Shown: positions 26,204 to 38,569 of the stretch, one piece after another
Layout: the number at the start of each line of letters is the position of its first letter
Position numbering within the stretch: the first letter of the stretch is position 1
NCBI GenBank assembly: GCA_002269645.1
Contig: NIVC01000362.1
Location: 248,001 to 312,000 of the forward strand
Length of the DNA stretch: 64,000 nucleotides
Reading direction: 5' to 3'
Source of the DNA: Macrostomum lignano
Taxonomy: Eukaryota
The notes under the pieces: model-generated
What the model saw: the letters and a program-made list of their open reading frames with translations, nothing else
Database searches by the model: none
Told to the model about the DNA's origin: nothing
Position numbers and translations under genes: made by a program

Positions 26204-26746
26204 CCCCCCCGATGTGAATTACAAAATTACAAAAAAGTTTTCGTCCATAGGAAGTTTCTCAATTTGTGCTGCACCATCAACTTAACGAAGCTGAAGTTGG
26301 CACCAAATTGAGGGCACAGAGAGTGTAGTACTCAAGCTACCAGTAGTAAACTCCAATCGCCAGAATCCCATTCCCTGAAATCCATCAGCTGAATCCTCTC
26401 CAACTCCTCTATAAAACATCTCAAATTCAAGTATCATATCTTGCTTTCTCTGTGTGCAGAAATTGACTGCCTCAGACTGAGACTCTTTTTCTGACTCCTC
26501 TCTCCTCTCTGTTCTCATCGCTCCTCTCCCATCTCTACTCTCTTATCTATCAATTCTCATCTCTCCTCTCCCTTTTATCGCTTGTCTATCCTCCCTACGA
26601 AGGGACCTCTCCCCTATTCTCTCCTCCCTCCACTATCATCTCTCATCTCTACTCTCTTATCTATCGTCTCTCCTCTACCTTGTAGTCACTAAAGCTACTG
26701 ATATGTATCGATAATAAGTTCACAAAGCTGGCACACATCACCGCAG

Positions 26747-27146
26747 GGTGGCCACCGCCCATGGCAACGTGCCGCTGCTCAACACGCACGACGCCCGCAC
26801 CATCCGGTACCCGGACCCAATGGTGAAGGTCAACGACACGATCAGGGTGGACCTGGCCACCGGCAAGATCATCGACTTCGTGAAGTTCGAGCCCGGCAAC
26901 CTGTGCATGATCACCGGCGGCGCCAACACCGGCCGAGTTGGCGTCATCACCCACAAGGAGCGTCACCCGGACTTTGACATTGTGCACGTGAAGGACTCGC
27001 TTGGCCACACCTTCGCCACTAGGGAGAGCAACGTCTTCGTCATTGGCAAGGGCAACCAGCCCTGGGTGTCGCTGCCGCGCGGCAAAGGCGTCAAGCTGAG
27101 CATCGCCGAGGAGCGCGACCGCCGCCTGGCTGTCACCCGCAAGTGA
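26747..27146 (+). CDS. RPS4: RPS4 exon 3 (last)
   Basis: Acceptor ccgcag|G; ...[12 protein letters not shown]...[17 protein letters not shown]...IAEERDRRL. Total CDS is 786 nt = 261 aa. AATAAA lies near 27265. Confidence 0.97.
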
Positions 27147-27519
27147 GCGAGCCGTCTCTGTCACCAATGGCTAACCTGCGGAGAAGCTTGCTTTGAAATC
27201 TGAGATTTTTGGAACTCGTTTCACGCTATTGTCTGGTTAATGCTTTATGAGGGTAGGAGAACATTAATAAAATAACAAATTGGCTATCGGCCGTTTGGCT
27301 GGTTGGTTTGTTTCGAGTGAATCTTTGGCCTGGATTGAAACTGATTTTGTTTGACTGGCTTCTCTTTTCCTTTTTTACTTGCCGTGTTTCAGCAGTGCTG
27401 ATTCAGCAAGACACTTTGGGTCTAATTTATTTGACAAAACCAGGAGCACTCATCGGACACCCTGGTATTACTCTAAGATACCTCAGCACTCCTGACACCT
27501 TATGAGGTACTAATAAGAC

Positions 27520-28450
27520 ATCAGACACCTTGGTACTGCTCTGAGACACCAGATATCTTGGTACTACTCTGAGACACCAGATATCTTGGTACTACTCTGA
27601 GACACCAGATATCTTGGTACTACTCTGAGACACCAGATATCTTGGTACTACTCTGAGACACCAGATATCTTGGTACTACTCTGAGACACCAGATATCTTG
27701 GTACTACTCCGAGACACCAGATATCTTGGTACTACTCTGAGACACCAGATATCTTGGTACTACTCCGAGACACCAGATATCTTGGTACTACTCTGAGACA
27801 CCAGATATCTTGGTACTACATTAAGACACCTTCAGCACTCATGACACCTTGGTACTACTCTGAGACACCCTGGAGAGATCTTGGTACTAATCTGAGACAC
27901 CAGACACCTTGGTACTGCTCTGAGACACCAGATATCTTGGTACTACTCTGAGACACCAGATATCTTGGTACTACTCTGAGACACCAGATATCTTGGTACT
28001 ACTCTGAGACACCAGATATCTTGGTACTACTCTGAGACACCAGATATCTTGGTACTACTCTGAGACACCAGATATCTTGGTACTACTCTGAGACACCAGA
28101 TATCTTGGTACTACTCCGAGACACCAGATATCTTGGTACTACTCTGAGACACCAGATATCTTGGTACTACTCCGAGACACCAGATATCTTGGTACTACTC
28201 TGAGACACCAGATATCTTGGTACTACATTAAGACACCTTCAGCACTCATGACACCTTGGTACTACTCTGAGACACCCTGGAGAGATCTTGGTACTAATCT
28301 GAGACACCAGACACCTTGGTACTGCTCTGAGACACCAGATATCTTGGTACTACTCTGAGACACCAGATATCTTGGTACTACTCTGAGACACCAGACACCT
28401 TGGTACTACTCTGTGACAGCAGACACCTTGGTACTATTTTGAGACACCTC
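27520..28450. repeat. 28 bp minisatellite (TCTGAGACACCAGATATCTTGGTACTAC) with a 407 bp higher-order duplication
   Basis: Directly visible; identical 65-aa ORFs at 27754 and 28161. Confidence 0.93.
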
Positions 28451-28980
28451 AGCACTCCTGACACCTTGGTGTTTCTTCTGTACATGAAACAGACAAAAAC
28501 CAAGTGCGAAACACCAAAACAAATATTTGAGAAATTACTAGTATGCATTTAGTGCAGTCTTGCCGATTTAGTTTCGTTTTTGTATGTGTGCTACTACTTT
28601 AAGAAAGAAACTCCTACAAGTTCTCGTATGAAGGACACTTTACATTACAAGTAAATTTTGCGTCTAGGGATTCCACTCGTACATTATACCTCTAGCTATG
28701 CTTGAACACGCTCGTATGTGTTATCGCTAAGAAGCCTTGCCAAACGAATACCAATACACTAGCGTACTAAAATGTCTCGTACGCAGCTAGCAGCTCTTAT
28801 CTAATGCATGTAACTATACGCACCCCAGTTAAGTTCGTATGCGTACATATTGTAGATTACAGGGCAATGATTTAATAAGCTTCCTAAATAGCCACTTTTA
28901 GCCGGTGCCTCGAGAATTTGACGGAAACTATTCTTGAAATCCAAGATTTTAAGCGAAGCCTTTTAAACAAATCAATAATC

Positions 28981-29237
28981 ATGGAGCCCCCGTTTCGTCG
29001 CTTCCGACTTCACCGGCCAGACCTAGTGGCCGTGGCTGACTGCCTCGATCGAGCCTGTCGAGATGCTTTCGAAGACGCTAGCGTTGAGTTAATTGACAGC
29101 TGTCCGGATTTGTCCGAGCCTCCGTTTTGCCTGGCCAGCCGAGGCATCTGCGGCGGCGGAGGAGAGAACAGCGGCCCCGTGCTTTCTATAGCTGGCGGGG
29201 TGCCGTATCTGCTGCCGACGCCTCAGGTGGAGCAAAG
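28981..29237 (+). CDS. C11orf54: C11orf54 / DUF1907 ester hydrolase homolog, exon 1
   Basis: MEPPF...CPDLSEPPFCLASRGICG...GGVPYLLP matches human CPDLTKEPF...GICG...GGVPYLLP. Donor AG|gtttgg (phase 2). Confidence 0.88.
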
Positions 29238-29374
29238 GTTTGGCACTCAATCATGTGGGTTTGATTCCGCGTTAATTAGCTTGTGATTGGATTATGCTCA
29301 TTGCATGGGGTCACATACCCAATTCAAAGACTGACTGTGAGTCCTGTGACAGCGTAACTGTATGCGTACAACAT

Positions 29375-29648
29375 GGGGTTGCAGCTTAGCGGTTAGCTAG
29401 AGCGTCTGACTCACGACTTGAAGGTCGGGGGTTCGATTCTCGACCCACTCAAAACGATTTGTGTCCTTGAGCAAGACACTTAACTCTGCATTCACCCAGC
29501 TGTAAAATTGGTACCAGCATTAGCTGGGTTAATTGACGGTGTGTGGCGACCCCCCCCCCCCAGTCTTTGGACTGAACAGCCGTACGCAGCCTTGAGATGC
29601 GCCGCGCAATAGCTGCGGCTGAGCTGTCGGTTGCACATCTGCCCATTT
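29375..29648 (+). mobile_element. tRNA-derived SINE family 1, copy C
   Basis: B-box GGTTCGATTCT and a CORE-like segment; colinear with copies A and B. Confidence 0.88.
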
Positions 29649-30059
29649 GGTCATGAGTGAGTGTGCTTAAGAATGAACCAGGATATGCATTCTGTACATG
29701 AAACCGTTTGTTACTTTACTGACTGAGTCTACTATCTGCATTTACTACTTGTACTTTAAATGTAGAACACGTAACTCTCAATATGATGACATAACTTTAT
29801 AAGTATGGTGTACGTACAGGTAATTGACGTCTGACTTGACTTGAAAGGATATTGTCGGATCTAAGTTGTCCGGAAAATTCTACTTTCTAGATTTTGCCTA
29901 TAACCATTCGCCACTTGTACTTTAATCCTCCCACCTTTGTTTTACCCTGATCCAAGCAAAACTTTTTCAAATCCCAAAGTAATGTAGCACAAATGCAAGT
30001 GCTCATAATGGACAAGCAGATATTACTCTATAAAATTTACTCTGCGAAAGACATCATTT

Positions 30060-32070
30060 CCATTGATAATGGAACAATGCATTTCCTTTCAGAAGGACAC
30101 CATGTCTTTTGACGACACCAGTTCCTTTGAGAAGGACACCAGTTCCTTTGAGAAGGACACCCATTCCTTTGAGAAGGACACCAATTCCTTTGAGAAGGAC
30201 ACCAGTTCCTTTGAGAAGGACACCCATTCCTTTGAGAAGGACACCAATTCCTTTGAGAAAGAGACATTTCCTTTGAGAAGGACACCATTTCCTTTGAGAA
30301 GGACACCAATTCCTTTGAGAAGGACACCAATTCCTTTGAGAAGGACACCAATTCCTTTGAGAAGGACACCGTTTCCTTTGAGAAGGACACCATTTCCTTT
30401 GAGAAGGACACCATTTCCTTTGAGAAGGACACCATTTCCTTTGAGAAGGACACCAATTCTTTTGAGAAGGACACCGTTTCCTTTGAGAAGGACACCATTT
30501 CTTTTGAGAAGGACACCATTTCCTTTGAGAAGGACACCATTTCCTTTGAGGACACCATTTCCTTTGAGGACACCATTTCCTTTGAGGACACCAATTCCTT
30601 TGAGAAGGACACCATTTCTTTTGAGAAGGACACCAATTCCTTTGAGAAAGACACCAATTCCTTTGAGAAGGACACCATTTCCTTTGAGAAGGACACCAAT
30701 TCCTTTGAGAAGGACACCAGTTCCTTTGAGAAGGACACCATTTCCTTTGAGAAGGACACCAATTCCTTTGAGAAGGACACCGTTTCCTTTGAAAAGGACA
30801 CCAATTCCTTTGAGAAGGACACCAATTCTTTTGAGAAGGACACCAATTCTTTTGAGAAGGACACCATTTCCTTTGAGAAGGACACCAATTCCTTTGAGAA
30901 AGAGACATTTCCTTTGAGAAGGACACCAATTCCTTTGAGAAGGACACCGTTTCATTGGAGGACACCATTTCCTTTGAGAAAGACACCATTTCCTTTGAGA
31001 AAGACACCATTTCCTTTGAGAAAGACACCATTTCCTTTGAGAAGGACACCAATTCCTTTGAGAAGGACACCATTTACTTTGAGAAGGACACCGTTTCCTT
31101 TGAGGACACCATTTCCTTTGAGAAGGACACCATTTCCTTTGAGAAGGACACCAATTCCTTTGAGAAACACAAATTCCTTTGAGAAGGACACCGTTTCCTT
31201 TGAGAAGGACACCAATTCTTTTGAGAAGGACACCAATTCCTTTGAGAAGGACACCATTTCCTTTGAGAAAGACACCATTTCCTTTGAGAAGGACACCAAT
31301 TCCTTTGAGAAAGACACCATTTCCTTTGAGAAGGACACCAATTCCTTTGAGAAGGACACCGTTTCATTGGAGGACACCATTTCCTTTGAGAAAGACACCA
31401 TTTCCTTTGAGAAGGACACCATTTCCTTTGAGAAGGACACCAGTTCCTTTGAGAAGGACACCATTTCCTTTGAGAAGGACACCAATTCCTTTGAGAAGGA
31501 CACCGTTTCCTTTGAAAAGGACACCAATTCCTTTGAGAAGGACACCGTTTCATTGGAGGACATCATTTCCTTTGAGAAGGACACCAATTCCTTTGAGAAA
31601 GAGACATTTCCTTTGAGAAGGACACCAATTCCTTTGAGAAGGACACCGTTTCATTGGAGGACACCATTTCCTTTGAGAAAGACACCATTTCCTTTGAGAA
31701 GGACACCATTTCCTTTGAGAAGGACACCAGTTCCTTTGAGAAGGACACCAATTCCTTTGAGAAGGACACCAATTCCTTTGAGAAGGACACCGTTTCCTTT
31801 GAAAAGGACACCAATTCCTTTGAGAAGGACACCGTTTCATTGGAGGACATCATTTACTTTGAGAAGGACACCAATTCCTTTGAGAAGGACACCATTTACT
31901 TTGAGAAGGATACCGTTTCCTTTGAGGACACCATTTCCTTTGAGAAGGACACCATTTCCTTTGAGAAGGACACCAATTCCTTTGAGAAGGACACCAATTC
32001 CTTTGAGAAGGACACCATGCAATTCCTTTAAGAAGGACACCAATTCCTTTGAAGACATGATTTCTTTGAG
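30060..32070. repeat. About 20 bp minisatellite (TTCCTTTGAGAAGGACACCA), about 2 kb, in C11orf54 intron 1
   Basis: Directly visible; explains all ORFs between 30037 and 32131. Confidence 0.96.
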
Positions 32071-32153
32071 AATGATATTTTCTTTTGACCTTGATAGTTA
32101 GCACAGTAAAAATATATACAGTGAAAATCAATTTGTTAACTCTAAATTTTCAG

Positions 32154-32552
32154 ACGCTACGACCTGCGCAACTTGCTGAAAGCGACCGGCCATCCCGACG
32201 GTCTCATCATCGGCGCTGGCGCTGCTTCGTCGACCAGATTCGGGCGCAACGCTGAGCTTGTGGCCAACCTGGGCCCGCTAGGCAACGGATGTCGGGTGGC
32301 CAGCCTCCGAGCTGATGGTGAAGACGATGGCACTGAAAATCTGGCTAATTGTCGGTTGAGCAGGCCAGATTTTGCCGAGGCCGGTCTTATGGTGGACTCT
32401 TTGTGCTCCAGCGGCCAGACTGACGGCCCAGTCTTTCGGCTGCGAGCTTCTCGATGGCGTCCGGAGACTGCGACACCAGATTGGTCGGCGGCCAAGACAA
32501 GAGGCCGCCTGGCGGAGCTGCTGCAACGAGCGCTCGCCAAAGAGTTCTCGGG
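32154..32552 (+). CDS. C11orf54: C11orf54 exon 2 (399 nt, phase 2-2)
   Basis: Acceptor aattttcag|A; RYDLRNLLKATGHPDGLIIGAGA...; donor GG|gtgagt. Confidence 0.85.
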
Positions 32553-32589
32553 GTGAGTAGAGAATATGTGTTTACCTTGGTCTACTTCT

Positions 32590-32935
32590 CAAGTGAAATA
32601 ATGGTGACCTCAAAGGAATTTGTGTCCTTCTTAGAGAAAATGGTGTCCTCAAAGTAGTTGGTGTCCTTGTCAAGATAATTGGTGTTCTTCTGAAAGGAAA
32701 TAGTCTCTTTCTCCTAGGAAATGGTGTCCTTTTCAAAGTAAATGGTCTTTTTATCAAAGGAAATGGTCTCTTTCTCAAAGGAAATGGTCTCTTTCTGAAA
32801 GGAAATGGTCTCTTTCTCAAAGGAAATTTCTCTTTCTCAAAGGAAACGGTGTCTTTCTCAAAGGAACTGGTTTCCTTCTCAAAGGAAATGGTCTCTTTCT
32901 CAAATTAAATCGAATCCTTCTCAAAGGAAATTGTG
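32590..32935. repeat. Reverse-complement array of the same minisatellite (TGGTGTCCTTCTCAAAGGAAA) in C11orf54 intron 2
   Basis: The units are the reverse complement of those at 30060-32070. Confidence 0.88.
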
Positions 32936-33033
32936 TTCTTCTCCAATCTTAATTCTTAATTCTTAATTCTCAGGGTCCTAATTCTTGCTAATCTCTGAGC
33001 GCATGCCGTTAACGTTTCTGATTCCCAACGCAG

Positions 33034-33400
33034 CTGCAAACTACCCGTCGGCCTTGGCGGCGTTTTCCGCCTCTCCGGAGCCGCCGCCCGCATGCACGTT
33101 ATGCCGGACTTCAGCCCGACGCCTCTCACCTGCTCAGCCGAGGTGAACAGCTGGCTAAGATTCTTCAACATGCCACCCCCGATAGTCTGCTGCGGAGTCC
33201 TGATCAGCCACGATCCTCACAGCTGGGGCCTCCGTCTTGAGCATTATCACGGCTGGAATCCGAGCTCTGAGCAGTGCGGCGGCCACTATCATTATGATGC
33301 CAGTCCGGACACCGCTGAGTACCTGGGATACTTTAGCCTGGCCACCTCGCTTCTCAGGATGGACCCGCCGGGCGGTGTCGACTCGCTCACTGGCGAGTAA
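33034..33400 (+). CDS. C11orf54: C11orf54 exon 3 (last)
   Basis: Acceptor aacgcag|C; LPVGLGGVF...HVMPDFS...LRLEHYH...GGHYHYDASPDTAEYLGYF with the conserved His-rich motifs. Total CDS is 1023 nt = 340 aa. Confidence 0.92.
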
Positions 33401-34040
33401 TGCAGGAGCCGATATTACTTTCCGACATGTGCGCGTCATTCGTTTGTTAAATTATATTTAATTCAAACTCGCGCCAAAAAGGGCGTAGTTAAACAATCGT
33501 TTTAAGGCGCCGCCTTCGAAAACTATTTTTTTCAATTGCTCCAATATGATTTTTAAAACCTGAAAGTTACGTACGGTTTATTTATATTAATTGTATCAGA
33601 CAGTTATATAGCTAACCGTAGTTATTTATCAGGTACTATACTATTAGTGCTACATGTGTACTTTTACTTATTCGAAGCGGGTATGCAACGGTAGAAGATG
33701 ACACTTATTTGAAAGTTACTCAGATAAACAAAAAGCAAAAAAACAAAAAAGTGTGGCTTTGATTTATTTTCTACGATGCTTTGTCTCTATAAAAATTAAC
33801 AATTTTACATTTCAATTTTTGGTCAAAGAATCCGTAATTCGAGAGCTCAATTGACGTAAGTAAAAATATAAATAAGGGTATTTTTTATTAAAATTACGAG
33901 TAGTTGCGGTTTTAACGCAGTTTAGACAGTAAGAGTGTATGTAGTAAAAGTTGATCAACTTTATTTCTGAACCGATCGCCCAATGTTTCGAAGCTGTCGT
34001 CTCCGATTAAAGTAAACAGAAATTCGCTCGCACTTCTTCA

Positions 34041-35963
34041 TCAGTCCCTAGCTTCATTGTCGTACACTTTATAGACGCTCGACTTGTCCGGAGGGCCCTG
34101 CTGTCCGCTGCTGAGCCCGGCAGCCGAGCTCGCACCCTTCAGCTTGATTGACAGAAAGATTAGCAGAGCCAGGATCAGAATGAACCCCAGGCAGCTGCAC
34201 ACAACGATGATGATCAGCAGGTGCTCGGAGCTCAGGCCGCCCTTCTGCGACGATGGAGTAGCGGGCGGCGTGGCGGTGGTTGTTGTACGATCTGGAGCAG
34301 CCGGTCGGTCCATCTCTGCCAGCATTTTGATCTCCTGCTCGCAAAATCGCTGACCGAACAGAGTAGCCGAGATGGCCTGAGTCACAGCCGAATTGAGCTG
34401 AAAGAAACCCAGAGCCAACAGTTCGGCCATTTGACGCGAACGCTTCGGGTCGTAGCAGGCATTGTTGGGCCAGAGAGTGTTCTCCAGGTAGTTGCGGCAC
34501 AGCGGGTCGCAGCCGGTCCGAGAGAAGCACTTGTTGGCGGCCATTTCAGAATAAACTCGGTTTGGGATTTCACCGTTTCGCATCGCGGTGATGTTGCAAC
34601 CCCTCTCAACTTGGGGAGTGATGCCGCTCGGCAACCAGCACAAATTGATGCCCGACAATCCGATGCAGCGTCCGAGCTTATCGTCGGTGCTCACGGAGAC
34701 ATTGTTAGGATAATAATATAGAAATGAAAGGCACATCTCGTCGCTAGTACCTTCGCCAAAGAAGATAGTAACGTTGGTTTTTTGTGTGTTAAAATAACAT
34801 TCGGTCTTTACTTCGTCACCTTTCCGGTATTCGATCGGTGGGTCGAAAGCATGAATCTCCGGTGAGTTGTAATCGTACACTTGAAGAGGAGACAGGTCTT
34901 TAATCATAGTTCCGTTTCTCCACAACGAGATGCGTCCTTTAATGCCATAGGTGTGCATGTGGATAGTTGCCCCGGTGATGTAGCGAGTCTCAGTGTGGTA
35001 CCGGTTCGTGCACACCGAAGGGCACGTGTGGTTCACGCTGATCAACGGCTGTCGCGGTGGGAGAACGAGATTTCCCTCGCCATACATCACAGTTCCCAAG
35101 TCGTATGGTCGCAGGTTTTGTGTAAAGTAAAGAGCAAAGCCAGAAGCGTCGGTGTAGCCTGAATGCCTCGCCGGGTTGTTCCAGTGAAGCTGCAAAACTC
35201 CGTACCGAAAGCCATCACCGCCGATTCGGAACCCCGCGTTGCTGTTGAAGCACTCACCTTTGGCTCCGTAACCCCAGAGGTTCAACATCTCGGTGCAGTT
35301 TCCAACAGCCATGAAACACTGTTTTGGATTATCGAACAGCGTCTGTTCTGGCTTGACACTGCAGGCGTACATAATCATGTGGTGCATGACGTTCTTGTTG
35401 TCAATGATCGGCCTCGATCCGATCAGATGAACCGGAGAGGCTGTGTTGTTCAGCTCGAACGCCTGACAGATATAGGTGGTCTCAGTGGCGGGCACGGGAG
35501 TCGGTTTGAGGGTGAAGTTTCTCATGGTCACGTTGGCACCGTCCAGTGCTGGACAGCTGAAGGCCTTCGGACACACGGTCCACGAGTTCTTGCACGTCGC
35601 GGAGTCGAGCGGGCAGATGCCAGGGTGGGACAGTCCAGTCGTTCGCGCCGGAGCCGCACCGACCTTCCACACGCAGTCGGGGTCTCCGAGCTCTTGGCCG
35701 TTCGTGAGTCCGTCGCCGTCCGAGTCCTTGCGGCACAGGTCGACCGTCCACTGGAGGCCGGCCGCCTTGAAGTCCAAGCCGAAGGGGTTTTTGGCGTTGG
35801 CGCCGGCGGGGCTCAGGTGACCGACTCCGGCCCAGATGGCGCCTAGCTGGCACGGGTTCGGGACGCGGTCGCCGTTCGGGATTCGGGACTGGAACTCGAA
35901 GTGGGCTACTGCAAACTGCAGCGGCACAAAGGCTACAATGAGAAATTTGAGCACAGTTTTCAT
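34041..35963 (-). CDS. Membrane-anchored copper type II ascorbate-dependent monooxygenase (DBH/MOXD1-like) with N-terminal temptin-like domain, 640 aa, intronless
   Basis: Signal peptide; temptin-like RIPNG...NPFGLDF...LCRKDSDGDGLTNGQELGDPDCVW...HPGIC; copper ligands HHM, LHW, HMH and DEMC; C-terminal hydrophobic helix. Confidence 0.9.
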   Translation of the reverse strand: MKTVLKFLIVAFVPLQFAVAHFEFQSRIPNGDRVPNPCQLGAIWAGVGHLSPAGANAKNPFGLDFKAAGLQWTVDLCRKDSDGDGLTNGQELGDPDCVWKVGAAPARTTGLSHPGICPLDSATCKNSWTVCPKAFSCPALDGANVTMRNFTLKPTPVPATETTYICQAFELNNTASPVHLIGSRPIIDNKNVMHHMIMYACSVKPEQTLFDNPKQCFMAVGNCTEMLNLWGYGAKGECFNSNAGFRIGGDGFRYGVLQLHWNNPARHSGYTDASGFALYFTQNLRPYDLGTVMYGEGNLVLPPRQPLISVNHTCPSVCTNRYHTETRYITGATIHMHTYGIKGRISLWRNGTMIKDLSPLQVYDYNSPEIHAFDPPIEYRKGDEVKTECYFNTQKTNVTIFFGEGTSDEMCLSFLYYYPNNVSVSTDDKLGRCIGLSGINLCWLPSGITPQVERGCNITAMRNGEIPNRVYSEMAANKCFSRTGCDPLCRNYLENTLWPNNACYDPKRSRQMAELLALGFFQLNSAVTQAISATLFGQRFCEQEIKMLAEMDRPAAPDRTTTTATPPATPSSQKGGLSSEHLLIIIVVCSCLGFILILALLIFLSIKLKGASSAAGLSSGQQGPPDKSSVYKVYDNEARD

Positions 35964-38569
35964 TTCTCTTTCTTGCTCGTCGATATTTCTTATTCGAAAA
36001 TTGAAATTATGAAAGACTAAGCTTGTAGTTATCTCCTCTCCTTTATAGAAGATGCTTCATTGGACTGACAATTCACTTGATTACTAAGTTTTGCTCACTT
36101 AATCGTCTGTTGGACAAGATAATTAGCGTCCCAGAGGGTGCATGCGTCACTTGTTTTTTTCTTAAGTTCGCTTGGACTTGAAAATATCTGCTCACAAACT
36201 TCGGTTAGGTCGTGTTTTTCAGACAATATTCTGTTGTAATTTAGTACTTCATTGGTGCATTTGCCCTTAATATGTTCTGGATTGAACCTCTTCACGCTAA
36301 TACGGGCTAGGTTATAATTCTTGTCGAGTCGCGTCATACTCAAGTGTCTTCATAAAAGCATGACAAAGATGCTGGGAATGAATGCTGCTTAGAATTTCTG
36401 GCGCATTTTCAAGTGTCTTTTTGAGATCAATAATTGCAGACCTCGGCTTGGCAGTTTGTCTAAGGTACTCTTAAACCTGTTTGAGACTGTTCTCAGAGTG
36501 TCTTGTTTGCGCGGACTCGCAGCTTAATTGCTCATTGCGCAGCTACTTGAACACCTGATTGTCTGATGTTAGTGCGCACGCACCAATCCACTATAAAAAA
36601 AATGAGTTCTCTAACTATCTTAGCAGGTATCTAATCTATCTAGGTCTGTGATTTATTTCAGATAAAACGGCTCAACTGATTTTCATAAAACTTGGACCAA
36701 TTTGATTAGAAAATTTTAGAATCGGTAGATGTATCGTGGCTAAGAAATTTCTCAATACTAAGGGGATCAAATATTTGAAAAAAACACTTGTGTTTTACGT
36801 TCAAGCAGAGTTTCAGACTGTGAATGCATTGTAAGAATATCACAGAAAAACAGACCAACTGAATTCTGATTCAAAAGTGTAACGTTTTTTATTAAAAGCT
36901 TTAATGTACCTCAACGAAATAAATAAGGAGAAGAAGAATCAAAATTTTAACCAAACAAAGAAGCGTCCACTGATGTTTTGATATTTAATGTCAACCATAA
37001 AATAAGCGTCATTTCAACCATAAAGAAGCGTCATTGAATTTCTAAAATTTCAAGGCTCATCGAAGCAATGGCTGTGTTGTTGTAGAGTATTATATCTCCC
37101 AGAAAAGTTATTTAAAATTGTTAACGTACTACTTAAATAGTAGTAATTTGAGGAGCATGTATAACGATATGCGCTGAACCATACATAATTCGAATTAACC
37201 AATAGAAAGAGAGAAATCTCAAGCATGCTAATTTTAGAAATCACCCAATCACGTGCGACCAACAACTGTCAATTCAAACCCCACCTTCAAGTCATCATTT
37301 GGTTTGCACTCGGGTTGCACCCGGATGAACCAATCAAAGTCTACCAGCTACGGTAACCAATCATGCGCTTTTACAGTAGACTAGTTGCGCAACTTTCTAC
37401 CCTGTCATGCTTGACAGCCACCGAATCGTGACCCTTTGACATTTGCGAAGACAGTGATGTACGACCTCGAGAGAGGTCTGAACGCCTATAAATACAAGTG
37501 GTCCGGAACGGACCCGGAGCCACAATTCCTCCGGAAGGAGAAGAGCTCCGAAGAGGAAGCCACTACAGGACTTCCTACAGAAGACTCGTCGAGTTCTTGC
37601 GGTAAGCCTTACTCATTTGCGCCTGTGTTTTGAGACGTCTCGTTGGAGTTTAGTTTGAGTCTGTTGAGACTCCTGAGTCTGTTTAGACTCTACTGGTTGC
37701 AGTCTCCAGAAGGACTGCCCCTGATAGATCTTAGAAGACTATCAGTGGTTTCCGGAGCTATACCTAGAGTGCATAGAGGCACTGCTAGAAGGAGTAGGCT
37801 TATATTAAACCGCAGTTTGGCGCAGGGTACCCATTGTTAATTTGGAAGCTTCTTATTGGTCCGAACGACAGATACCGGCCGGCAAAAGAAGAAAAAGAAA
37901 CTCGGACCAGGACTACAAGTCGAGTAGAATTCAGGCCTGAGCTACAGATCGAGATCCACACGAGATCTACGAAGGACTCAAAGAAGGAGAGATATCTCAT
38001 AAGAAGTCAAGGTAATTGAATACCTTCGTTTGAATTACTGGGTTGCCTAGCTAAAGAGCTAGAAGTGATTGTTCTTTGATTACCGAAGTCAGGTAATAAG
38101 GAACACATCATTGTCAGGGCTCATGAGGGGAATTTCTGAAATGACGTGGCTCATGGGAGAATGACTTGAATGCTTTAAGCAGGGTTAAGATTAGGGTTAG
38201 AGCTAAGGCTAATAAACAATAAAAAATCGCCCTGTCGAAAATAAAATATTCTGGCAACTGCTAGCACGGCTTGCAATGTAAAGTAAAATAACTTTTGAGT
38301 AAAGTATTTTTAAGCTGTTGTACGACGTTACGTAGTTACTATTTTATCACATGATGAGAAAATACAAGGTTGTATATTTGTTTATTTGCATTTTTCATAC
38401 TGTCTTGTTGCGTCTGAGTTTATGGTAAAAATAATAAAATTAATTATAATTTTTCTAACATTTTTATATTACGACGTTTCGACTACATATTGCTTCTATA
38501 CCAATCATACGTTCCAGTCCAATTGACTGGTTTCCAATTAAAGGAAACCAGTCAATGTCGATTTTTCCC

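Noticed and set aside
25060-26690. Possible pairing between the G-rich RPS4 intron 1 array and the CT-rich tract in intron 2
   Set aside because: Complementarity is only compositional, and exon 2 (170 nt) is not frame-preserving.
24965-26746. Intronic snoRNAs in RPS4
   Set aside because: No convincing C/D box pair with a terminal stem or H/ACA structure was seen; a covariance search would be needed to exclude them.
15360-28450. Regular short repeats with internal palindromes, superficially CRISPR-like
   Set aside because: The units are head-to-tail with no unique spacers, there are no cas genes, and the context is eukaryotic.
24229-29648. tRNA-like sequences as genuine tRNA genes
   Set aside because: The acceptor and anticodon stems do not pair properly and each continues into a shared SINE body.
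30037-32820. Many 100-395 aa ORFs (SFSKEMV..., RRTPFPL...)
   Set aside because: All are frames of the 20 bp minisatellite.
34069-35853. Overlapping ORFs on both strands of the monooxygenase
   Set aside because: Shadow ORFs produced by GC-rich codon usage.
36095-36560. 82-aa ORF upstream of the monooxygenase
   Set aside because: No recognisable motif; adjacent frames have multiple stops.
38455-38500. Penelope-type hammerhead ribozyme (GAAACGTCG on minus)
   Set aside because: The required CTGANGA core is missing upstream, so at most it is a decayed remnant.
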